From Bacilli bacterium (GTDB taxonomy: Bacteria > Bacillota_I > Bacilli_A > RF39 > UBA660), in the NCBI GenBank assembly GCA_017528315.1, contig JAFXOW010000003.1, forward strand, positions 6,768 to 70,767: a DNA stretch of 64,000 nt. Direction: 5' to 3'. The position numbers and the translations under genes were made by a program. This document shows, piece after piece, positions 1 to 8,625 of the stretch; position 1 is the stretch's first letter, and every line of letters begins with the position of its first letter. The notes below the pieces were generated by a model that made no database searches, was not told the DNA's origin, and saw only the letters and a program-made list of their open reading frames with translations.

Positions 1-187
1 TATTATTTTTAGTTTCTTCTGCTAACTCTACATTTGATTTAATTAATATTCCTTTTTGTTTATTAATATTCCTACTTATACATACTTCATCATATAAGTT
101 AATTGTTTGAAATATATTCTCAGTATCATTTTTAATAATATTATTTAAATTAAGACTTTCACAGCATTTAATCGTAACACTTCCCAC
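1..187 (-). CDS. Hypothetical protein, 5' part only (runs off the window start)
   Basis: AGAGGGG RBS, then GTG at 187 and an open frame MGSVTIKCCESLNLNNIIKNDTENIFQTINLYDEV... to the window edge. Not in the ORF track. Confidence 0.55.
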   Translation of the reverse strand, partial: MGSVTIKCCESLNLNNIIKNDTENIFQTINLYDEVCISRNINKQKGILIKSNVELAEETKNN

Positions 188-269
188 TACTAACCCCTCT
201 TTTCAAAAACAAAGATATTATACATCATATAAATTAAAATGCAAGTAATATTTTTAAATCACATCAAAA

Positions 270-815
270 CTATTTTCTATTAACAGGAATACCATATATT
301 TCATCAATTGGATCAAAGAAAAACTCAGTACGAAGAGGATTATAAGTAAAGTATATTAAAATAAGCCAAATAAGTGGTATTACAATTAAACTTATCTTAT
401 TATAAAACTTATTATGATCTTTATTACAAATTAAATAAAATAGATATTGACTAATACAAAGTGTAATAAAATAAATAGTCATAGTCATTATTAAATTACT
501 TCCAAATCTATTATAGATGGGTAAATATATTAAATAAAACAATATTATATTAAAAAGTGTACTTAAAAGAAGAGCAGTAAAATAATTATTAACTTTAATA
601 TTTTTTTTCTTTACTACTAGATAAATCATTAAACTAACAATTATTTCGGCATTAAAAATCATTTTTAAATGTTCAAATAAAGATTCATTTACTGGAAATA
701 TTAAACTACTAATAAAATTAGGCATCCATCTATATCCAAAACTAAATAAAAATAAAGATAAAAAAATAATAATGGTTTTTATAATCATAATTTTTTTATT
801 ATTATCATATCTCAT
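270..815 (-). CDS. Multi-pass membrane protein (DUF6512-like)
   Basis: About 5 hydrophobic segments, PVNES.FEHLK motif, C-terminal FFDP...YGI. Confidence 0.65.
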   Translation of the reverse strand: MRYDNNKKIMIIKTIIIFLSLFLFSFGYRWMPNFISSLIFPVNESLFEHLKMIFNAEIIVSLMIYLVVKKKNIKVNNYFTALLLSTLFNIILFYLIYLPIYNRFGSNLIMTMTIYFITLCISQYLFYLICNKDHNKFYNKISLIVIPLIWLILIYFTYNPLRTEFFFDPIDEIYGIPVNRK

Positions 816-858
816 AAAATCACCATTATTATTATATATATAACTTTTTATTTTATAC

Positions 859-2127
859 CTATAAATCTTTTAAACAAAATATAGCATAGATAGGTACATA
901 TCTAACATTTTTCTTTTTACTAAAATTATCTTCTGTAATTCTAATTGGAGCTGATACAATAAACTTAGAAGTAAACATAGCTAAAGCTTTAGCTTTAATT
1001 AATTTCATATTAACTATTTCAATAGGAATAATAGCACCTATCTTATTTTGAATGATAAAATTAATTTCACTTTTACCTTCTGATTGATAATAATATAAAC
1101 TATATCCATATTCTACTAAAGTATTAGCAACATTGCATTCTACTAAAATTCTTCTTATATCAGTATCTGTTAAAAATTTATTTTTTGTTAAATTCATCAT
1201 ACTATATAAAAGTCCTACATCATTGGGATATAATTTAAAACTTTCATTATCTTTAAAACTTGATAGAGGACTCTTAACATCATTTAATTTAAAACTTCGA
1301 TGAATTAAAGAATTAATTCCTAAAAAATTTATACAAGATTCATAATCTTTACTACGACTCCCCTTCTTTATATTTCCATATTGAAATTTTTTATTTTCTT
1401 TTTCTAATCCTCTTGCTAAAGAATTAATAACATCACATCCTCTTTGAATATCAATTAAATTCTTGGAGTTAATAGTTTCTCCTTTTATAATATCAATTAT
1501 TTTATATTTAATACTTTCTATCTTACTACTATCAGTTTTTCTTAAATAATTATCAATTACTTCCGGATATCCTCCAGTTACTAAATAATCATTATATAAG
1601 TCAAGAGCAACTTGATGGAAAGGCATAGGAGTTCCGTTAATATAAGAGTCTTTTATAAAAGCTACTAACTGCTTTTGATCCGCATTTACTAAAAACTCTT
1701 CAAAATCCATTGGATACATAGCTTTAAACGTCAATTCTTCTCCTTTAAATTTACTTAAGCAATCTTTTCTACTAGTAATCATGATTATGGGAAAAGAATT
1801 ATCTACACTTGAAAATAATTTTATAGTTTTAACAACATAGATATCATTAACATTATCAAGAATAATTAAAGTATCATCTTTTAAAATAGTTTCACCAGCT
1901 ATAGCTGATAATTTAGTAACTAATCTTTCCGGATTTTTTTCGCGCCTAATCAAACTTATTAAATCTACATTATTTTCTAAATTAAAATAAACATAATTTT
2001 TATAATTTCTTCTTGCAAATTCTAAAACCGAAAAGGTTTTTCCTACCTGTCTTGAACCATATATCATAAGAGGTTTCTTAATATTTTTTTGCCATTTTAC
2101 TAAGTCATTATATATCTTACGTTCCAT
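859..2127 (-). CDS. AAA_14 ATP-binding protein with DUF4143 C-terminal domain (degenerate motifs)
   Basis: Walker A GSRQVGKT, MYPMDFEEF, GGYPEV, FKLY..DVGLL, EINF..PIE. Confidence 0.85.
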   Translation of the reverse strand: MERKIYNDLVKWQKNIKKPLMIYGSRQVGKTFSVLEFARRNYKNYVYFNLENNVDLISLIRREKNPERLVTKLSAIAGETILKDDTLIILDNVNDIYVVKTIKLFSSVDNSFPIIMITSRKDCLSKFKGEELTFKAMYPMDFEEFLVNADQKQLVAFIKDSYINGTPMPFHQVALDLYNDYLVTGGYPEVIDNYLRKTDSSKIESIKYKIIDIIKGETINSKNLIDIQRGCDVINSLARGLEKENKKFQYGNIKKGSRSKDYESCINFLGINSLIHRSFKLNDVKSPLSSFKDNESFKLYPNDVGLLYSMMNLTKNKFLTDTDIRRILVECNVANTLVEYGYSLYYYQSEGKSEINFIIQNKIGAIIPIEIVNMKLIKAKALAMFTSKFIVSAPIRITEDNFSKKKNVRYVPIYAIFCLKDL

Positions 2128-2278
2128 AAATTGATTCCTCCCTACACTTACTATAACTTAAGTATATACTTAAATATAACAAAAGTCAATTTATTTAAAA
2201 AAATATATATAAGAAATTTTATTTTTACATATATGATAATAAATATATGTGTTATAATATAAATAGGTGAAATAAGAA

Positions 2279-4141
2279 GTGGAAAAAAAATGGTTTATTA
2301 TAATTACAATTAGTTTATTAATAGTAACAATAGGATTACTTTTTTATAAAATTTTATTTAAAAAAAATGTAAAAAATACAGAAAAAATAAATGAGGTTGA
2401 AAGTATAGTAATAAATAAAAAAAATCTAAATTTATTTATAGGTGATAAAGAGAAATTAGAAATAACTATATTTCCAGAAAGTACTAATAATAAAAATATC
2501 ATATGGGAAAGTGAAAATAAAGAAATAGCTAAAGTAACAAATGATGGAGATGTAGAGGGAGTTGGAGTTGGAAAAACAACAATAATTGTAAAAACCGAAG
2601 ATGGAAAAGTATATAATAAATGTTTAATAACTGTTCAAGAGAAAGAAATTGAAATTAAAACAATTGAAAAAATTGAAATTGAAAATAATGTTGAAATAGA
2701 TGTTGGTGAATCAAAAAAGCTAAATGTAACAATAATTCCAGAAGATTTAAAAGACGAACCTATAACCTGGGAAAGTAGTAATGAAAATATAGTTAAAGTA
2801 GAAAATGGAATAGTAACAGGTATAACCAAAGGTGAAGCTATAATTACTGTCAAAGGAGGATTAGAAGAAGCAAGTTGTAAGGTAAAAGTAATCGTTCCAG
2901 TAGAAGAAATAATTATTGAGAATAACAATATCGAAGTTGGTGAAGGTTATACTGAAACAATAAATCCTACAATTATTCCAGAAAATGCAAGCAATAATAA
3001 TTTAATATGGACAAGCTCTGACCCAAATATTGCTACTGTATCAAATGGAGTAGTAACAGGTATAACCAAAGGTGAAGCCATAATAACAGTTAAGACAGTT
3101 GATAGTAAAAAAGCAGCAACTATTACGGTAAAAGTATTAAAAAAATACACAATTTTTTATGCCGATTCTGATAATATAGAATATAGAAAAGAAGGCGAAT
3201 TAGTTGGAACAATGCCAAACCCTACTAAAAATAAATATAAGTTTCTTGGTTGGTATACAGACCCTACAGATGGAACAAAAGTTGATCAACAAACTAAAGT
3301 AACTAGTAATTTAATTCTTTATGGACATTGGATGGCAATTTATGATCATGTCTTTATTATTGGAATAGATGGCTTAGGGGCAACTTTTAGTAAAGTTTCA
3401 TCGCCAAACTTTGATAGTATTTTCAATAAATACGCTTATAGGCATGATGTAAAAACCGAATACAAAACTATTAGTGCACAAAATTGGGGATCAATATTAA
3501 CTGGAGTAGCTTATAATACTCACGGAATAACTAATACAAATATTAGTAGTAAAACCCGAAACTCAAAATCAAAGTACCCATCAATTTTCTATTACACTAA
3601 AAAAGCAATATCTAAGGCAAAATTAGTATCAATAGTTAATTGGGAACCTATAAATCATGGTATAATTGAAACTGATTTAGGTGTTAATAAAATACATAAG
3701 AATTCAGATGATGAAGTAACTAATCAGGTAATCAATTATTTAAAGAAAAATGGTGCACCAACATTAATGTTTGTTCAATTTGATGAAGTTGATCATGCTG
3801 CTCACACTTATGGAGGATTTAGCAAACAATATTATAATGCAGCAAAAAAAGCTGATACAAGATTAGGTAAGATATATAATGCTATAAAATCGATTGGTGC
3901 TCTTGATACTAGTTTATTTATCGTAGTAGCGGATCATGGTGAAACATCAAATGGACATGGAGGACGTACTAAAGAGGAAACTTCGGCTTTATTAGCCGTA
4001 AAAGGTCATAGTGTAAATAACATTAAATTTGATTCTAATGTTCAAAACAGAGATGTAGCAGCTATAGCATTATATGCTTTAGGAATAGATACACCGTCAC
4101 ATTTTGTTGCTAAAGTGCCAACCAATTTATTTAATAAATAA
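2279..4141 (+). CDS. Membrane-anchored surface protein: 3x Big_2 Ig-like domains, an InlB B-repeat and an alkaline phosphatase/nucleotide pyrophosphatase-superfamily domain
   Basis: N-terminal TM; repeats W.SS...A.V.NG.VTGI..G.A.ITV; FLGWYTD...G..V B-repeat; metal-ligand motifs IGIDG, TISAQNW, DEVDHAAH, ADHG. Confidence 0.8.
   Translation: MEKKWFIIITISLLIVTIGLLFYKILFKKNVKNTEKINEVESIVINKKNLNLFIGDKEKLEITIFPESTNNKNIIWESENKEIAKVTNDGDVEGVGVGKTTIIVKTEDGKVYNKCLITVQEKEIEIKTIEKIEIENNVEIDVGESKKLNVTIIPEDLKDEPITWESSNENIVKVENGIVTGITKGEAIITVKGGLEEASCKVKVIVPVEEIIIENNNIEVGEGYTETINPTIIPENASNNNLIWTSSDPNIATVSNGVVTGITKGEAIITVKTVDSKKAATITVKVLKKYTIFYADSDNIEYRKEGELVGTMPNPTKNKYKFLGWYTDPTDGTKVDQQTKVTSNLILYGHWMAIYDHVFIIGIDGLGATFSKVSSPNFDSIFNKYAYRHDVKTEYKTISAQNWGSILTGVAYNTHGITNTNISSKTRNSKSKYPSIFYYTKKAISKAKLVSIVNWEPINHGIIETDLGVNKIHKNSDDEVTNQVINYLKKNGAPTLMFVQFDEVDHAAHTYGGFSKQYYNAAKKADTRLGKIYNAIKSIGALDTSLFIVVADHGETSNGHGGRTKEETSALLAVKGHSVNNIKFDSNVQNRDVAAIALYALGIDTPSHFVAKVPTNLFNK
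2811..3078 (+). repeat. Intragenic Big_2 repeat: 28-bp identical segment at 240-nt spacing
   Basis: tagtaacaggtataaccaaaggtgaagc at 2811-2838 and 3051-3078. Confidence 0.85.
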
Positions 4142-4168
4142 AATACATATTTAACTTATATAAAATAA

Positions 4169-4209
4169 ATATGAACCCCGTTTCTTGGATATAGAAACGG
4201 GGTTCATAT
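4169..4209. terminator. Perfect 17-bp GC-rich hairpin (terminator-like, possibly an IS-end relic)
   Basis: atatgaaccccgtttct-N7-agaaacggggttcatat, directly after the 2279-4141 gene. Confidence 0.6.
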
Positions 4210-4386
4210 CAAATTATACCTCTAAAATATTAATAAAGGAATTGCTAACCACCTTTTTATTTTAGAATATATAATATTAAAAAATTGTTAAGATGAGAAA
4301 ATAACATTGTAAAACTTATATAAAAATGATAAAATCTTGTCATGAAATTTATTTATATGTAAAAAATATTTTTAGGAAGTGATTAT

Positions 4387-4704
4387 ATGTTTAATTTAGT
4401 ATCAAAGTTTGAACCAAATGGTGATCAACCAGAAGCAATAGACAAATTAGTTGAAGGAGTAAACAAAGGAAAAAAAAATCAAGTATTATTAGGAGCTACA
4501 GGAACTGGAAAAACTTTTACAATCGCCAATGTTATACAAAAAACGGGTAAGCAAACATTAGTTCTTGCTCATAATAAAACACTTGCAGGACAATTATATT
4601 CCGAATTAAAAGAACTATTCCCAAATAATCATGTTGAATATTTTGTATCTTATTATTATACACCATTAAATTTCGTGTTATTTAGTCCATCTAATACCAT
4701 TTAA
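4387..4704 (+). pseudogene. uvrB: Truncated 5' fragment of uvrB (first 90 codons) left by island integration
   Basis: Matches the UvrB at 11248 over 90 aa with 7 substitutions up to VSYY, then diverges into unrelated sequence and stops. Confidence 0.9.
4621..4652 (+). repeat. attL-like core: 32-bp direct repeat, copy 1
   Basis: ccaaataatcatgttgaatattttgtatctta, identical to 11482-11513. Confidence 0.85.
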
Positions 4705-4754
4705 TCCATAAAAAATGGACTATTTAATACTAAATAGACTAAATGAAACTAAAT
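4670..4754. repeat. Imperfect inverted and short direct repeats at the island left end (possible recombinase arm sites)
   Basis: 4670-4689 vs 4735-4754 inverted, 16/20 match; atttagtccat (4680) / atttaatccat (4699) / atggactattt (4715); actaaat at 4729, 4738 and 4748. Confidence 0.55.
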
Positions 4755-4812
4755 GTTAAAATAGAACATTGTGACCTACGTTGTTTCTGATTCAAACACA
4801 ACCATATTTTAA

Positions 4813-5520
4813 TTAAATTTCATTATCAAATAATTCCATTATCATTTCAGAAACGCAACTATATTCTTTCTTTGCAACACTTTTTAATTCAACGACTGAA
4901 TTTTCCATAGCATATCCATTATAATCTTTAACCATATTAATATCACTATAACCATCTCCTATAGTATATATATTTGTTTTTTTAATTTTTAAATAATTTG
5001 ATAATAATTTTATTGACTTTGACTTATTTATATCTTTAGAAATTATTTCAAGCATATTATCATTTATGATATAAGAAATTACTTCTCGATATTTATTATT
5101 TATTCTATCATTTATTTTTTTTATATTTATATCATTATTATATACTATTGCTATTTTAGTTAAATCTAAATGTTCAAAATTTACCCTACTTTCTAATTTA
5201 CTACAGCAAAAATAAAATTTTGTCTTAGCAAGTTCTAAATCGTTTTTGATATCTTTTATAATATCATTTTTAATTGAAAAATTACACAAAACTTCATTAT
5301 TTCTATTAATAATCGTTGATCCATGATTTATTAAAGCATAGTCATATTTTAAATTATATTTATCCACTTCTTCTTGCAAATCAAGATAGCTTCTTCCTGT
5401 TGCAATTACAAATATATTACCTTTTTTTCTAAATTTATTAACCAATAAGTTATTTTTTTCTATATCTTTATCATTCAAATAAAATGTTTTATCATAATCA
5501 CTAACTATCATTTTTGGCAT
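4813..5520 (-). CDS. Cof-type HAD-IIB phosphatase
   Basis: DYDKT motif I, ATGRS, K of motif III, IGDGYSD. Start taken at the ATG at 5520 after an AAGGAG RBS (ORF track extends to 5547). Confidence 0.9.
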   Translation of the reverse strand: MPKMIVSDYDKTFYLNDKDIEKNNLLVNKFRKKGNIFVIATGRSYLDLQEEVDKYNLKYDYALINHGSTIINRNNEVLCNFSIKNDIIKDIKNDLELAKTKFYFCCSKLESRVNFEHLDLTKIAIVYNNDINIKKINDRINNKYREVISYIINDNMLEIISKDINKSKSIKLLSNYLKIKKTNIYTIGDGYSDINMVKDYNGYAMENSVVELKSVAKKEYSCVSEMIMELFDNEI

Positions 5521-5592
5521 ATTTTTCTCCTTTTTTAAATAAGACAACTTATTATTTTAACATTAATAAGTTGCCAATTATTTAAATATAAT

Positions 5593-6897
5593 TTACTTTT
5601 TTAAAACTTTTTTCTTTTTAGATTCTATTACCTCAAGACCACCCATATATTTTCTTAAAACTTCTGGTACTATAACACTACCATCCAATTGCTGAAATTG
5701 CTCTAATATAGCAGGCAAAAGTCTACTGGTTGCAAGTCCTGATCCATTTAAAGTATTAATATAATTTGATTTTCCCGTAATACTATTCTTATATTTTATA
5801 TTTCCTCTTCTTGCTTGATAATCTCTACAATTTGAAACTGAACTTATCTCTTTATATATACCCATACTAGGAATCCAAATTTCAACATCATATGTTCTAC
5901 ACATACTTGCACTACAATCTCCAGCAGCTAATTTACTTAATTGATAATGCAATCCTAATCCTTTAACTAAATTTTCAGCTTTTGTTAGCATTTCTTCAAA
6001 GGCTTTATCAGATTCTTCTGGCAACGTAAACTGTACCATCTCAATTTTATTGAATTGATGTCCTCTTATAATTCCTCGTTCTTCTTTTCTTGAACTTCCG
6101 GCTTCTCTTCGATAACAAGGAGTATAAGAAAAATATTTTTTTGGTAACTCACTTTCATCTAATATTTCATTTCTATGTAAATTAACTAAAGCTGTTTCAG
6201 CTGTTGGTAATAAAAATTTCCCATTTTTATCATTAAAATTATCTATCCAATATACTTCTTCTTGAAATTTTGGAAATTGACCAGCAACATAACCACATTC
6301 ATAATTAAGCATATGAGGAACTAGCATAAAATTCCATCCATCTTTTATATGTTCATTTATACAATAATTTAGCAATGCCCACTCTAATCTTGCCCCTTCA
6401 TTTGTATATATCCAACTACCTTGACCAGCAAGTTTTACACCTCTATCATAATCAATTAATCCAAGATTTTTTTCAAGTTCAACATGATCTTTTGGCAGAA
6501 AATCAAATTGTGTTTTTTTTAAAAATTGATATAAAACTTGATTGTTTTCTTTGCCTCCGCTTACTAAATCATCATCTGGTATGTTAGGCAATGATGCAAG
6601 TTTATCGTTTAATTCTAATTTAATGGTTGATAATAAATTTGCTATACTATTTATTTTTTCTCCTATACTTTTTGTTTCTAATACTAAATCACTGATATCT
6701 TCATTATTTGATTTTAATCGTGCAATTTTTTTAGAATTTATATTTCTTAATTGTTGTAATTTTTCCAATGCTTGCTGTAATTTTAATTTTTCATCATCTA
6801 ATCTCACAATCTCATCCAGAGAACATTCACCCATTCTTTTACTTAATGCCTTTTCAATTTTTTCTTTATCGGCTTTTATCCTTTTAATGTCAATCAT
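5593..6897 (-). CDS. serS: Serine--tRNA ligase (island-borne copy)
   Basis: N-terminal coiled arm, LPTAE, YRREAG, RGHQFNKIE, EISSVSNC.DYQARR, TLNGSGLA. Likely start 6897 after GGAGG (ORF track gives 6927). Confidence 0.95.
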   Translation of the reverse strand: MIDIKRIKADKEKIEKALSKRMGECSLDEIVRLDDEKLKLQQALEKLQQLRNINSKKIARLKSNNEDISDLVLETKSIGEKINSIANLLSTIKLELNDKLASLPNIPDDDLVSGGKENNQVLYQFLKKTQFDFLPKDHVELEKNLGLIDYDRGVKLAGQGSWIYTNEGARLEWALLNYCINEHIKDGWNFMLVPHMLNYECGYVAGQFPKFQEEVYWIDNFNDKNGKFLLPTAETALVNLHRNEILDESELPKKYFSYTPCYRREAGSSRKEERGIIRGHQFNKIEMVQFTLPEESDKAFEEMLTKAENLVKGLGLHYQLSKLAAGDCSASMCRTYDVEIWIPSMGIYKEISSVSNCRDYQARRGNIKYKNSITGKSNYINTLNGSGLATSRLLPAILEQFQQLDGSVIVPEVLRKYMGGLEVIESKKKKVLKK

Positions 6898-6919
6898 TTT
6901 AAACCTCCCATTTTTTTGC

Positions 6920-7606
6920 TTATTCATTTATAATATCTTTTTTAAAATTAGCAAAATTATGATATACATATTTACCATTTTTAAAAATCACATACTTCTT
7001 TTTTCCTATAATACTTGCTTTATTATCACTTATAAGTATTACATCTTCTTCTGGCAAATATATAATTTTTTCTTTTTTTAAATTTTCTTTTAAATAATTA
7101 CTATTTCTTTTAAAGCTTTTTTTATTTAAATGACATAAAATTGAGTAATCATTTAACATATTGAATCCCTTTTTATCTTTCAAATCAACTATATTACCAT
7201 CATCTAATAAACAAGTATCTATACTTTTTCCAAAGACAATTGCTCCTGCACTTCCTCCAAAAATGATTCCTCCATTATTTAAATAGTTCATAATATTTTC
7301 ATAATTTGAATACTCTTTTAGCTCACTTAATAATTTATAAGTATTTCCTCCACCGATAAATAATGCTGAATAATTAGATAAAACACAATTTGATAATTCT
7401 AAAGATGATCTTACCATTTCAAAGTTTTCAACCTTCATATTTTTAATTTCCTCTTTAAACCAATTATAGCAACCATCATATTTTTCACTTTCCATAGCAA
7501 GTGGTATATATAATATTGGTTTTGTTTTATCTATAGTTCTAGAAAAGTGTAATAATGCATTTTTAATTTGTCTTCCACTTCCACCACCGCATAAATATAA
7601 TTTCAT
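6920..7606 (-). CDS. Peptidase S51 (peptidase E / class I glutamine amidotransferase-like)
   Basis: LYIPLA, IGGGNT, nucleophile elbow GGSAGA, downstream His (LCH). Confidence 0.85.
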   Translation of the reverse strand: MKLYLCGGGSGRQIKNALLHFSRTIDKTKPILYIPLAMESEKYDGCYNWFKEEIKNMKVENFEMVRSSLELSNCVLSNYSALFIGGGNTYKLLSELKEYSNYENIMNYLNNGGIIFGGSAGAIVFGKSIDTCLLDDGNIVDLKDKKGFNMLNDYSILCHLNKKSFKRNSNYLKENLKKEKIIYLPEEDVILISDNKASIIGKKKYVIFKNGKYVYHNFANFKKDIINE

Positions 7607-7612
7607 AATATT

Positions 7613-8611
7613 CTACTTCCTTATCTTTATCATTTTTTTCACTATACTTTCATCAACACCTGATGCAAGTAATCTTTTAACTAATTCTTCACGCGATATA
7701 TTAATATTAATACCTGATAGATTGTCATATCCTTCTTTTGTTAATTGATCAATTATATATCTATTACAATTTCTAATATACTCATTCTTTATTAGGTTTA
7801 AATCAATATCTTTATTTATTTCTTGCCAATCTTTCCAATATTTCACACATTCTATTAAGTACGCTTCTTCTCTTTCAGAAAAATCACGGCCATGTAAAAT
7901 ACGAACCAGTGTTTTAGAAAATGAACGAGCACGATAACCAGAATTTTTATTTGACGGAAAAACATTATTTACAGCAAGTAATGCTAAAACAGATAAGTAT
8001 GCTTTAACTTCTGCTTTAAGTTCTAAACTATCTTCATACAAATCAAAATATGACTTTCCACTTACACACCATCTTATTCTTTCTAATCCAAAACCTACAT
8101 CACTCATAGAATCAATTCCAATACTTTTTCCATCTCTTTTTATACTTGTAAAAAAAGTAGTATCTCCTAATTCTATATCTTTATAATAGTGAAATGTTGT
8201 TTTGCCAGTTACTATTAAATCACCCCATAAACGCTCATAATTTTCTGTTTTGCTTGAAATATCTGACTGTTTCATTCCTAATTCATAAAATAAATTTAAA
8301 AAATCTTTAACTAAAATATTATGTTCCATCTCTGAAATATTAAATCCTGATGTTGTTGAATTTACAAAAGCAATAGATGTTCCCTCACAAGTCGAATCTT
8401 TAAATTGCGTTCTAATAACTGGCTGTGATATATAAATCTTCTTACTTGAATCTAGTATATTTTTCCTATATAAGGAAACTATCGGTTGAATTCCAGCTGT
8501 TAAAAATACAGTATCTTTATTATTAACAACTTGATGTGGTTGTAAACAATTATAACCTCTATCTAAAAAATATTTTTTTAAGTCTTGAGCTGATAATAAA
8601 TCCTTTTTCAT
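7613..8611 (-). CDS. Alanyl-tRNA-synthetase-like protein, catalytic domain only (no editing or C-Ala domains)
   Basis: AlaRS-like motifs YF..RGY, DTVFLTAGIQP, QPVIR, IELG, DVGFGLER and PSNKNSGYRAR in only 332 aa. Confidence 0.8.
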   Translation of the reverse strand: MKKDLLSAQDLKKYFLDRGYNCLQPHQVVNNKDTVFLTAGIQPIVSLYRKNILDSSKKIYISQPVIRTQFKDSTCEGTSIAFVNSTTSGFNISEMEHNILVKDFLNLFYELGMKQSDISSKTENYERLWGDLIVTGKTTFHYYKDIELGDTTFFTSIKRDGKSIGIDSMSDVGFGLERIRWCVSGKSYFDLYEDSLELKAEVKAYLSVLALLAVNNVFPSNKNSGYRARSFSKTLVRILHGRDFSEREEAYLIECVKYWKDWQEINKDIDLNLIKNEYIRNCNRYIIDQLTKEGYDNLSGININISREELVKRLLASGVDESIVKKMIKIRK

Positions 8612-8625
8612 ATACTTTCCCTTTA

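Noticed and set aside
4260..4386. LexA (Cheo) box upstream of either uvrB start
   Set aside because: No GAAC-N4-GTTC seen upstream of 4387 or 11248.
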